Origin: an uncultured Verrucomicrobiae bacterium
Lineage (GTDB): Bacteria > Verrucomicrobiota > Verrucomicrobiia > Chthoniobacterales > UBA10450
NCBI GenBank assembly: GCA_963772365.1
Contig: CAVYXA010000001.1
Span: 864,001-928,000 of the forward strand
Direction: 5' to 3'
DNA: 64,000 bases
The position numbers and the translations under genes are program-made. Each line of letters starts with the position of its first letter. The stretch's first letter is position 1. Under the pieces are notes generated by a model that was not told the DNA's origin, did not search any database, and saw nothing but the letters and a program-made list of their open reading frames with translations. Shown here in pieces: positions 45,399 through 53,596 of this stretch.

Positions 45399-45426
45399 GC
45401 AGAGCGTTTTCGGTGGACGCGTCTTT

Positions 45427-48219
45427 TTAGTTGAGTGGAATTGGTTTGACTGCTTCGGCCATGAGCTGTGCGAAACGCGGATCATCGCGCAAGACATCCC
45501 ATACCGGATCGAACTTTAGGTCTGCGTAGGTTAGTCCGGCAGGCACCCTCGCAATTAGCGAAAGTTGCTCCAAGGCGAGGTCTTTCTCGCCGAGTAAAGC
45601 ATACGTTGTCGCCAGCCTCTGTACGTTTTCCGGTCCTTCCAGTGCGTCACCCGAAAGCGGGCGTAGCTCAACCGCTTTCCGACCTTCACGCACAGCATCT
45701 TCTTTTCGCCCCAGCCCAGCATCAATAACTCCAAAATCGGACAGCGTTCCGGGATCCGGGTCTCCACGCAAAAGAGCTTCGTCAGCCCGGCGCGTAAGCA
45801 GAAAGTAAGAGCGCATTTTTTCAAAATCTCCGCGCGCACGCGCGGCTAGAGCGGCCGAACAACCGAAGTATCGAGCGAACGACGGATCTTGATTCTCCCA
45901 TTGCGCCGTAGCCACACGTTCGGCCTCGGCGAAATTGTGCTCGCAATAGAGAATTCGAATGCGCAACTGGGCGAAGGACGAGCTACGGGATATTTTTTCA
46001 ATCGCAGCGTGCGCGCGAGGAAGCTCGCCTTGGGCGAGGGCGTTGGCGGCTTTGTAATTCCAGAAGTCATCCGCTGTTTCCGGAAAAGCAGCCAAACCGC
46101 GATTCGCAATTTGTTCCGCCTCATCATAATGACGCAAAAGAGCGTAAGTGACGATTACGTTAATCAATGCGCTCGGATCGCGCGGATCCAGCTCGCTTGC
46201 CCTCGCAAAATGCCGTAGAGATTCTTTCCAGCGACCGAGCCGGCGTTCGATTTTCGCGCTGCTACTAAAAACATCGGGACTATTGGGCAATAACCGCTCG
46301 GCCACGTCCAGCTCCCCCAGCGCACTATCCAGATCGCGTTGGCCATAGTGACGAAAACGAGCTGTAGCAAGATGAGTCTCGCCGGCTTCCGGTGCCAATC
46401 TTTGCGCGACGTGCAAAGTCTCTTCGGCGCGGGTGCGGCGCGCTACGTCCACTCTACCGGGAATCCAGTAAAGCATGAGATTTACATCCGTTAACAAACA
46501 ATACGCGAGAGCGAAATTGGGATCGCGTGAGATTGCCTGCTCCAATAAATCGGCTGCGCGCGTTAGCTTGTCGATCGTGGCCTGGTCGTCCGTACTTCCC
46601 ACTCGGTTCAACTCCTTTGCGCGCGCGTACAAATCGTAAGCTTGCAAATTCTGCGTCGGTGCGATTCTGATCGCTTTTTTTTCCGCGGAGGAAATTTTGA
46701 CACTCAGTTGCCCAGCAATTTTCTCCGCCAGCTCGCTTTGAATTGCGAAAACGTCAGTCAACTGCCGATCGTATTCTTCTGCCCAGAGATGTTGATCGGT
46801 GCGCGCATCGATCAACTGCGCATTGAGACGAATCCGGCCGTCAGATCGGCGTACGCTTCCTTCCAGCACGTGCGAGACGTTGAGAGCGCGTCCGATTTTT
46901 CGCAAATTCCGCTCGCCGCGGTATTGCATCACGCTCGTTCGACTGATCACCTTGAGGTCGGCGATCTTGGCCAGCTTCGTTAAAATATCGTCCTGAATTC
47001 CGTCGGCGAATGATGCGTTCGATTGGTTGCCACTCAAATCTTCAAACGGCAACACCGCGATTCCCGTCGGTGGCGGCGCGGGTTCGCGATTCCAAATCGT
47101 GACGGCAGCAAGCACGACGACTGCCGCCAACGATGCAACCAACGCTGTTCGCGTTGGATTCCGTCGAACCCATTTGCGGGTGCGGGTGAAAACATTCGCT
47201 GGACGCGCCTGAATCGGTTCGTGCCGAAGCCAGCGCTCCAGATCTTCGGCCAATGCTTCTGCGCTCTGGTAACGTTTTGATGGCTCTTTCTCCAAACACT
47301 TCAAGCAGATCGTCGCAAGATCGACATCGACCTTTGGATTCCAAAGCCGCGGATGTCGCGGCTCGGTTTCCATGAGTAATCGAATTGTTTCGTAAGTCGT
47401 TCCGCCGGCGAACGGCGGCTGACCAGTGAGCATCTGATAAAAAACCGCGCCGAGAGCGTAAACATCGGCGGCTGCGGTTAAGTCTTTTGTTCCACCCGTG
47501 GCTTGCTCAGGCGGCATGTAGCTGGGCGTGCCGAGGACATCGAAAGAATTCGTGATCGTGCTCTCGTTCTCGATCAATCGCGCCAGACCGAAATCGGTGA
47601 GATGCGGTTCGCCGTTTTTATCGAGTAGAATGTTTCCCGGCTTGATGTCGCGATGGAGAATTCCATGCTCGTGCGCAAATTGGACCGTACGGGCGATCTT
47701 GACCAGTAACTCCGCCGCGCGCCGGATCGACATTGGCTCGCGTTTGCCGCGGGACGAATCCGCCGTGGCGGACTTAAGCACTTGATCGAGCTGCCCGCCC
47801 TCGATGAATTTCATACTGAAGTAGCACGACCCATCGCGCTCGCCGATTTCGTAGATCGGCACGATCCGCGGATGCTCCAGACGCGCGGCCGCTTCCGCTT
47901 CCTGCCGAAACCTCTTGAGATGGGGCGTGCTCGCCCAATGACCGAGTCCGATCACCTTGAGCGCGACCGTTCGATTCAAACTTTTCTGACGCGCCCGATA
48001 AACGACGCCTTGTCCGCCCCGCCCAATTTCTTCGACCAAATCGTAATCGCCGAACTCCATGAGAATCGGCGCTCGCTTTGAAGCAGTTTCATTTTCGTCA
48101 AGCAACGGACCGAGGCCGGTCTCCAAGAGACAAATACTGCAAAATCCCTGCGGGGCGTCAGCGAAGATCTTGCCGCCGCATTTGCCGCAAACCCTGGCGC
48201 TGTTTGTTTGACTATTCAT
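45427..48219 (-). CDS. Hanks-type Ser/Thr kinase with Zn-ribbon-like N-terminus, TM, TolB-N-like and TPR domains
   Basis: CGKC..CSIC, GRGGQGVV, VALK, HRDIKPGN, DFGLA, GTPSYMPPE, IAVLPF, VLEGSV. Confidence 0.95.
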   Translation of the reverse strand: MNSQTNSARVCGKCGGKIFADAPQGFCSICLLETGLGPLLDENETASKRAPILMEFGDYDLVEEIGRGGQGVVYRARQKSLNRTVALKVIGLGHWASTPHLKRFRQEAEAAARLEHPRIVPIYEIGERDGSCYFSMKFIEGGQLDQVLKSATADSSRGKREPMSIRRAAELLVKIARTVQFAHEHGILHRDIKPGNILLDKNGEPHLTDFGLARLIENESTITNSFDVLGTPSYMPPEQATGGTKDLTAAADVYALGAVFYQMLTGQPPFAGGTTYETIRLLMETEPRHPRLWNPKVDVDLATICLKCLEKEPSKRYQSAEALAEDLERWLRHEPIQARPANVFTRTRKWVRRNPTRTALVASLAAVVVLAAVTIWNREPAPPPTGIAVLPFEDLSGNQSNASFADGIQDDILTKLAKIADLKVISRTSVMQYRGERNLRKIGRALNVSHVLEGSVRRSDGRIRLNAQLIDARTDQHLWAEEYDRQLTDVFAIQSELAEKIAGQLSVKISSAEKKAIRIAPTQNLQAYDLYARAKELNRVGSTDDQATIDKLTRAADLLEQAISRDPNFALAYCLLTDVNLMLYWIPGRVDVARRTRAEETLHVAQRLAPEAGETHLATARFRHYGQRDLDSALGELDVAERLLPNSPDVFSSSAKIERRLGRWKESLRHFARASELDPRDPSALINVIVTYALLRHYDEAEQIANRGLAAFPETADDFWNYKAANALAQGELPRAHAAIEKISRSSSFAQLRIRILYCEHNFAEAERVATAQWENQDPSFARYFGCSAALAARARGDFEKMRSYFLLTRRADEALLRGDPDPGTLSDFGVIDAGLGRKEDAVREGRKAVELRPLSGDALEGPENVQRLATTYALLGEKDLALEQLSLIARVPAGLTYADLKFDPVWDVLRDDPRFAQLMAEAVKPIPLN
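47744..47773. mobile_element. 30-bp palindromic element inserted in-frame in kinase gene
   Basis: 28/30 identical to 7234-7263; adds SATADSSRGK. Confidence 0.7.
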
Positions 48220-48239
48220 AGCCGGTCTTCCCGAGCGGA

Positions 48240-48268
48240 TACTGTGCGAAAATCGTTCGCGGGTTACG
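48240..48268 (-). promoter_or_regulatory. Candidate ECF sigma promoter CGTAACC-N17-CAGTA
   Basis: Overlaps ECF stop codon; ends 20 nt before kinase ATG. Confidence 0.65.
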
Positions 48269-49013
48269 TTTTCAGAATCGCAATCAAATGTCGCAGCTCG
48301 TCTTCTACGTCACCCGGAACAGCGACAGTGTTCGCGATTTCCTCACGCAATAAAATCCGATATCGCTGTCGCAACCGATGGAACGCTTGCTTCACCGCAT
48401 TCTCAGTCATGCCTAATTTTTTCGCGATCTCGGCTTGCGACGAGCGGCCTGGTTCGTCCGCGAGCAGTTCTTTCAGCTCATTGAACAGCGCTTCGTTACC
48501 AGCTGCGTGATACTCGTCCCCCAGCCGCTTCAATACTTGTTCCAGCAAAGTCAAAGCCCAGCGACGTTCGTAAAGCAGATCGGCGCTCAAAATATCGGCC
48601 GGCTCGAGGTCAGCCCGTTCGCGTTCGGCTAGTTCATCCAGCGAAATGAGCGGCTGACCTTTGCCGCGTTTGATCGCCATTTCGCGCCGGTGCGATTTTG
48701 CGATGAAATTCTTCAGCGCGGTTAGAAGGTATGAGCGCAAGCGCCCTTTTTCTTTGCGAACTGCGTCGAAATCCCGCCGCTCAAGGAGCAGCCCAAAGAA
48801 GCCCTGGGTGAAATCTTGCGCTTCTTCCGGACTGTAGCCTTGACGCCGAACAAATCCGTAAAGCGGCCACCAGTATGTCCGGCAAAGTTTCTCCAGCGCT
48901 TGATCCGCCGCAGGCGATTGACCTTGCGCGGTGAGAACCACGCTCCATTGAGTCGTAACAAACGCAACGCCGCCGCCGGCACCGGCGCTTGGCTGAGAAG
49001 CAGCCTCGCTCAT
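48264..49013 (-). CDS. ECF sigma factor, STK-associated type
   Basis: FVTTQWSVV, ALEKLCRTYWWPLY, AQDFTQGFF, GRLRSYLL, EIAKKLGMTENAVKQAFHRLR. Confidence 0.92.
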   Translation of the reverse strand: MSEAASQPSAGAGGGVAFVTTQWSVVLTAQGQSPAADQALEKLCRTYWWPLYGFVRRQGYSPEEAQDFTQGFFGLLLERRDFDAVRKEKGRLRSYLLTALKNFIAKSHRREMAIKRGKGQPLISLDELAERERADLEPADILSADLLYERRWALTLLEQVLKRLGDEYHAAGNEALFNELKELLADEPGRSSQAEIAKKLGMTENAVKQAFHRLRQRYRILLREEIANTVAVPGDVEDELRHLIAILKT

Positions 49014-49069
49014 GGAAGGAGCCGACCATTACACCGCAAAAGCTCCCGTGAAGCAACGTTTACTTGCGC

Positions 49070-49408
49070 CTACTTAAAAGCAAACTTCGCGAGTAATAAG
49101 CCGATGATCAGACCGACGACGATGCTTGATGGCACAACATACGGAGCGTCCTTTGATTTAAAGGCGCCCTTGGCCAGAAAAATCACCAGCCCGAAACTGA
49201 AGCCGTAAAGCATTCCGTATCCGGCGCCATGCCACCAAGATCTGCTCCCGCCTAACGATAGCGCCGTCAAAAGACTTATCAGAACCCCCTTTAAAGTCGA
49301 GGCGAGCAAGATCTCGACTTTGTAAGGTTCCCTTGGCTCGAAGAAAATCCCGATTCCGCCAAGCGCGCCCATGACCGCGCCGGTCAGGAGAACCATGACG
49401 ACACTCAT
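49070..49408 (-). CDS. Small four-TM membrane protein
   Basis: Gly-rich hydrophobic ORF, 4-bp overlap with upstream gene. Confidence 0.7.
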   Translation of the reverse strand: MSVVMVLLTGAVMGALGGIGIFFEPREPYKVEILLASTLKGVLISLLTALSLGGSRSWWHGAGYGMLYGFSFGLVIFLAKGAFKSKDAPYVVPSSIVVGLIIGLLLAKFAFK

Positions 49409-49746
49409 GTTTCACCTTTTGGTCGCCGCATGATGTGAATCGCCAAGATCCGGCTCTGATGTCGCGCGAGCAGATAATCGATGAAATCGCCGATGATTGA
49501 GTTTGGTTTGTTGCCGAGCTTGGTCACAACGCGGCAGATGAGTGTGCAACTTCGAGCATGCCATTCCAGATTGATCGCGCCGTGAAGATCGCGCCCACTA
49601 TGGATCTTCGCCCAGCCGTGAGGCCGGCCCAGTTGTTTGGACCAGACTTTGATGAAACCGAATTTCTTCTCCAATTGCGGATCGCTCATGATCTTGTTCC
49701 GAAGCGAGCCGCGCCCGGTGGCGATGACCTGGATCACCGTTTGCAT
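49405..49746 (-). CDS. Hypothetical protein
   Basis: 113-aa ORF tightly packed in a minus-strand run. Confidence 0.7.
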   Translation of the reverse strand: MQTVIQVIATGRGSLRNKIMSDPQLEKKFGFIKVWSKQLGRPHGWAKIHSGRDLHGAINLEWHARSCTLICRVVTKLGNKPNSIIGDFIDYLLARHQSRILAIHIMRRPKGET

Positions 49747-49748
49747 CG

Positions 49749-50306
49749 TTAGGGGGCTTTCGCCGAGGAATCATCGGCGAGCGAGCGAAACATTATGTAA
49801 ACATCGATAAATCCTTTGTCAGGATGCAGAAATGCTCTCGGCAATGCCCCGACGATCTTAAACCCGAGCTTCTGCCAAAGATGAACGGCCGCTTCGTTGG
49901 TCGAGACAACAAAATTGAATTGAATCGCCAAAAAACCGAGGCGGCGCGCTTCGCTCAGGCAATGCTCGCCCATGGCGCGGCCGATCCCCTGCCCGCGCGC
50001 ATCGCGTGCCACCATAAACGCAGCATTCGCTACATGCGATCCGCCGCCGCTCTGATTCGATTTCAGAATGTACGTCCCAACCAGTTGTCGACCCTGCGAT
50101 CCGCCTGACCCTTGATTTGTAGAAAATTCTTCGGCGACATAAGTGTTCGCACCGGGTTGAAACCAATACGCAAGTGCATTTTCCCGAGAGATGTCTCGAT
50201 CGAAGGCATAAGTGTCTCCACGGACGACAACTTCTTGGAAGATCTTCCAGATCCGATCCTGATCCGCAGGCGTGGCCTGACGAATTTGCGTAGGCGCGGT
50301 GCTCAC
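49749..50306 (-). CDS. GNAT N-acetyltransferase
   Basis: GDTYAF, HVANAAFMV, ARGQGIG, QFNFVVSTN; GTG start overlapping upstream TGA. Confidence 0.9.
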   Translation of the reverse strand: MSTAPTQIRQATPADQDRIWKIFQEVVVRGDTYAFDRDISRENALAYWFQPGANTYVAEEFSTNQGSGGSQGRQLVGTYILKSNQSGGGSHVANAAFMVARDARGQGIGRAMGEHCLSEARRLGFLAIQFNFVVSTNEAAVHLWQKLGFKIVGALPRAFLHPDKGFIDVYIMFRSLADDSSAKAP

Positions 50307-51361
50307 CGGTTTTGAAAGGTTAACGGAACGATCACGTATCCCTCCCGGCCGGGCTGGCTTCGCCATTTCTGAAGACCGTCAATGGCTGCGCGATCGAGCG
50401 CGTCGATTCCAGTGGATTGCAGCACTTGAATGCTTTTGACCGCTCCTCTGGAATCAAAATTCAAGCGGTAGCGGCCCGATCGCACGCCGCGAACACGCGA
50501 TTCCGGCGGGTAGATTGGCGGCGGAGCATACACGACCCGCGCCCTCAACGGTGGTGTTGCGGTGGGAGGCGGAGGCGGTGCACCGGGCCAACTGACGCTG
50601 TTGCTGGATTCGACGTCGTCGATCACTGATTCGATCGCACTGATCGGTCGCACGACTACTGAGCCCTGACCCTCCTTATTCTGAGCGGTCACGATACCCA
50701 AGACTTCGCCGTTCTGATCTACCACCGGCGCGCCCAGAGAAATTTCGGGGACGGATGCGGCAATACCAAATTCTTTGCTTTCGTTGTCGATCTCCTTGTC
50801 GGAAATCTTCGCCTCCGCAGGTGCACCTTCTGCGCCGGCCAGCGGACAACCGACCACTGCAACTTGCATCTGCGGCTCGACCCTTGCCGATTTGTTAAGC
50901 GCGACAAAAGGAACCTGTTTTACGTCGGCGTTGAGCACCGCCAAATCCATTTTAGACGAAGAAGCTAAGACTCCCGCGATGTTGTAAAGGCCGTCATTTG
51001 CAGTTTTGGCCACCGCGTTAACGGCTCCGTCCATTGTGTGCAACGTCGTGATGATCCTGCCCGTATCAGAAACAAAGAAACCCGTGCCGGTCCTCAATAC
51101 TTTTCCCGATGAATCGAAAGCGGTGATCAAAATCACCGCTGGCTGGACCTTTGCAGCTGCTTGTTTGAAGTCTTGACCTTCTGTTGGTGGCGGCGATGGA
51201 GACGGAGTTGCCTGGAACGCTGGAGTGGAGCTCGGAACCGGAGTTGATTGTTCGAGGAGTGGCTCGCTACCCGTTTGCGGTGCCGTTTTTGCCTTGCAAC
51301 CCGGCATTGTGCAAAGCCCGAGACACAGAATTACGCAACAACTCAGCCGCAGATATTTCAT
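50303..51361 (-). CDS. Lipoprotein: trypsin-like domain plus TonB C-terminal domain
   Basis: MPG|C, GTGFFV, DLAVL, GEVLGI; PIYPPE, QSTG..LDRAA, VPLTF. Confidence 0.8.
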   Translation of the reverse strand: MKYLRLSCCVILCLGLCTMPGCKAKTAPQTGSEPLLEQSTPVPSSTPAFQATPSPSPPPTEGQDFKQAAAKVQPAVILITAFDSSGKVLRTGTGFFVSDTGRIITTLHTMDGAVNAVAKTANDGLYNIAGVLASSSKMDLAVLNADVKQVPFVALNKSARVEPQMQVAVVGCPLAGAEGAPAEAKISDKEIDNESKEFGIAASVPEISLGAPVVDQNGEVLGIVTAQNKEGQGSVVVRPISAIESVIDDVESSNSVSWPGAPPPPPTATPPLRARVVYAPPPIYPPESRVRGVRSGRYRLNFDSRGAVKSIQVLQSTGIDALDRAAIDGLQKWRSQPGREGYVIVPLTFQNR

Positions 51362-51478
51362 TTCGAGCGCATGATTGTGGAGCATCGCACCAAGTTCGAT
51401 CAAGCCGGTAAAACGCAGTCGGCTCTGCCGATTCTAAGCACTCATTGCTCCGATGAAAGCCCCATCGCCGATAAGTCA

Positions 51479-53290
51479 CTAAATGTCCTGGGACAAGATC
51501 AGGACAGAGTACGGCCCGATCCCCACGTTTGCTTGAAAGGGCATTCCGTCTCGCGATGAGCCACCAGCCGAGGTGTCGTAGCCCAATTGGTTTGCAAAAT
51601 CGGCGCCGTAACCCTGCCAGTCGCTGTTCAAACGCACGCGCCAGCCGCCGGCGCGCGGAAATCCCAATGCGTAGCTGTCGTAAGTGCGATTGCCGAAGTT
51701 TGCCACAACGACCACATCATCGCCGGGTCCGCCATGTTCCCAACGATGAAATGCAATCACTTTGTCGATGTTGTTTACATGATGAACGTTGATTTGTTGA
51801 CCGCGAAGGCCGCGTGTCTGATTAAACCAGTTACGGCGCAGCCGGATCAGATCGCGATAGAGAGCCTGAATGCCTGCGTAAGTATCCAGTTTCGTCCAAT
51901 CCAAAGGAGCCGAGTCGCGGAAATATTCGTCTTCAAGAAACTCCTGTCCCTGGAAAATCATGGGAATGCCCGGCGCGGTGAAAACGAGCGCGGCGCCGAG
52001 TGTGGACCGCTTCCGTGAGAACCAGCTTCCAGCGTTGCCGGGCCAAATTTCCTCAGGCACTCGCGCGTGACCATTCGCCACCTCGTCATGCGATTCCGTA
52101 TAAATCACGCGTTGTATCGCATCGCCATTGTAACGGTGATCCAGCGCATCGCGCACGGCATAGAGATTTCGATCGGCATCGTTTTGCGCGATGATTGCAT
52201 TTCGAATCGGATGCACAAATGCGGCATCCCATTGCGACCCGAAGCCTGCTCCGCCCGCGCCAGTGCTCTTGGTGATCCATTCGTTATTCTGCAAATCCTC
52301 GGCAATCGTGATCTTCCACGGCTGGGTGGAACGAATTTCATCATGGATCCATTGCAGGAGACTCCAGCCGTCGGGTAAGTCGCGCCCATCGATGGCTCGG
52401 ATGGTACTGACCGAATCCAACCGCAGACCATCTATTCGATATTTATTTAGCCAGAACAGGGCATTGTCTCGAAGGTACTGCCGCACTTCCGGCTGGCCGT
52501 AATCAGGACGGGTGTCGCCCCATGGCGTGTGCGAGCGTTCGTTGTCATAGAAATAGATGCCGCCATTATGATTCGCATCGCTCCAGCCATCGAAACGCCA
52601 GAGATCGAGATCACCGGGACCGAAATGATTGTAAACAACGTCCATGATCACCGCGATACCTTTGGCGTGTGCTCCTTTGACAAACCGGTAGAGCCCCTGC
52701 GGACCACCTAGCGCCGACTCCACCGCGAAGGGGTCTGAAGGATTGTAACCCCAGGAAAAACTCATCGGAAACTCGAGCACTGGCATGATCTCGATCGCGT
52801 TGATGCCGAGATCGTGAAGATAATCCAGCTTCGGCAACAGATCATCGAATGTGCCCGGGCCGCTCTCCTCCAGATCATTGAAGCTGCCGACGTGCATCTC
52901 ATAAATCACCAGCTCATTCCACGGCGGCATCACGAAATTTTCTCCTGTCCAATCGAAATCAGAATCGTGAACGATCGCGTTACCGGACGAATTCACCACC
53001 TCGCTTGCATACGGATTCTTGTGCCACAGTTCCTGATCTCCATTGCGGATGACGAACTGATATTCATCGCCAATCTTTGCTCCCGGCACCTCCACCGACC
53101 AATAGCCATTGCGCTCGTTGGCAAACGGATTAGCTGTCGCACTCCAATCGTTAAAGTTTCCGGCTGCAGACACGATCGAGGCAAAGGGCGCCCAAACTCG
53201 AAAGGCAACGCCACCGGGATAAAGAATGGTGCCCATTCCCGTCCGCACAGAAGGTGTCGCGGGTGAGCCGAGAACAGGATTATCTCCCAT
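51479..53290 (-). CDS. GH13 glycosidase with CBM48 (TreZ/GlgB-like)
   Basis: FRVWAP, YEMHVG, DVVYNH, GLRLD, IAED, ESHDE. Confidence 0.9.
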   Translation of the reverse strand: MGDNPVLGSPATPSVRTGMGTILYPGGVAFRVWAPFASIVSAAGNFNDWSATANPFANERNGYWSVEVPGAKIGDEYQFVIRNGDQELWHKNPYASEVVNSSGNAIVHDSDFDWTGENFVMPPWNELVIYEMHVGSFNDLEESGPGTFDDLLPKLDYLHDLGINAIEIMPVLEFPMSFSWGYNPSDPFAVESALGGPQGLYRFVKGAHAKGIAVIMDVVYNHFGPGDLDLWRFDGWSDANHNGGIYFYDNERSHTPWGDTRPDYGQPEVRQYLRDNALFWLNKYRIDGLRLDSVSTIRAIDGRDLPDGWSLLQWIHDEIRSTQPWKITIAEDLQNNEWITKSTGAGGAGFGSQWDAAFVHPIRNAIIAQNDADRNLYAVRDALDHRYNGDAIQRVIYTESHDEVANGHARVPEEIWPGNAGSWFSRKRSTLGAALVFTAPGIPMIFQGQEFLEDEYFRDSAPLDWTKLDTYAGIQALYRDLIRLRRNWFNQTRGLRGQQINVHHVNNIDKVIAFHRWEHGGPGDDVVVVANFGNRTYDSYALGFPRAGGWRVRLNSDWQGYGADFANQLGYDTSAGGSSRDGMPFQANVGIGPYSVLILSQDI

Positions 53291-53413
53291 GGGCAGTTCC
53301 GCGAATACAATTCGACCGCTTTGAATCGATTGGCAATTCCACGAAAAGGGAGCCGCCCGAATCAGGAGGTAAAAAATAAAGCGACTCGGGCAGGGCGAAT
53401 CGTCGCAAGTTTT

Positions 53414-53563
53414 TCAATGCCGTTTAAAGTACTGAACGGCCTTCTCGTGTTTCTTCGCCGCCGCTTTACTGTTGAACGTTCCAAGATTTCTTCGCTTGCC
53501 GGTTTTCGGGTTCTTTTTGCGAGAATACAAACGATATTTTCCCGACTTGAGTTTTCTAATCAT
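53414..53563 (-). CDS. Small basic protein, 49 aa
   Basis: MIRKLKSGKYRLYSRKKNPKTGKRRNLGTFNSKAAAKKHEKAVQYFKRH*; AGGA just upstream; co-oriented with neighbours. Confidence 0.8.
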   Translation of the reverse strand: MIRKLKSGKYRLYSRKKNPKTGKRRNLGTFNSKAAAKKHEKAVQYFKRH

Positions 53564-53596
53564 GATCCTGGTTTCCGATCGAGGCTAGCGTTTACC

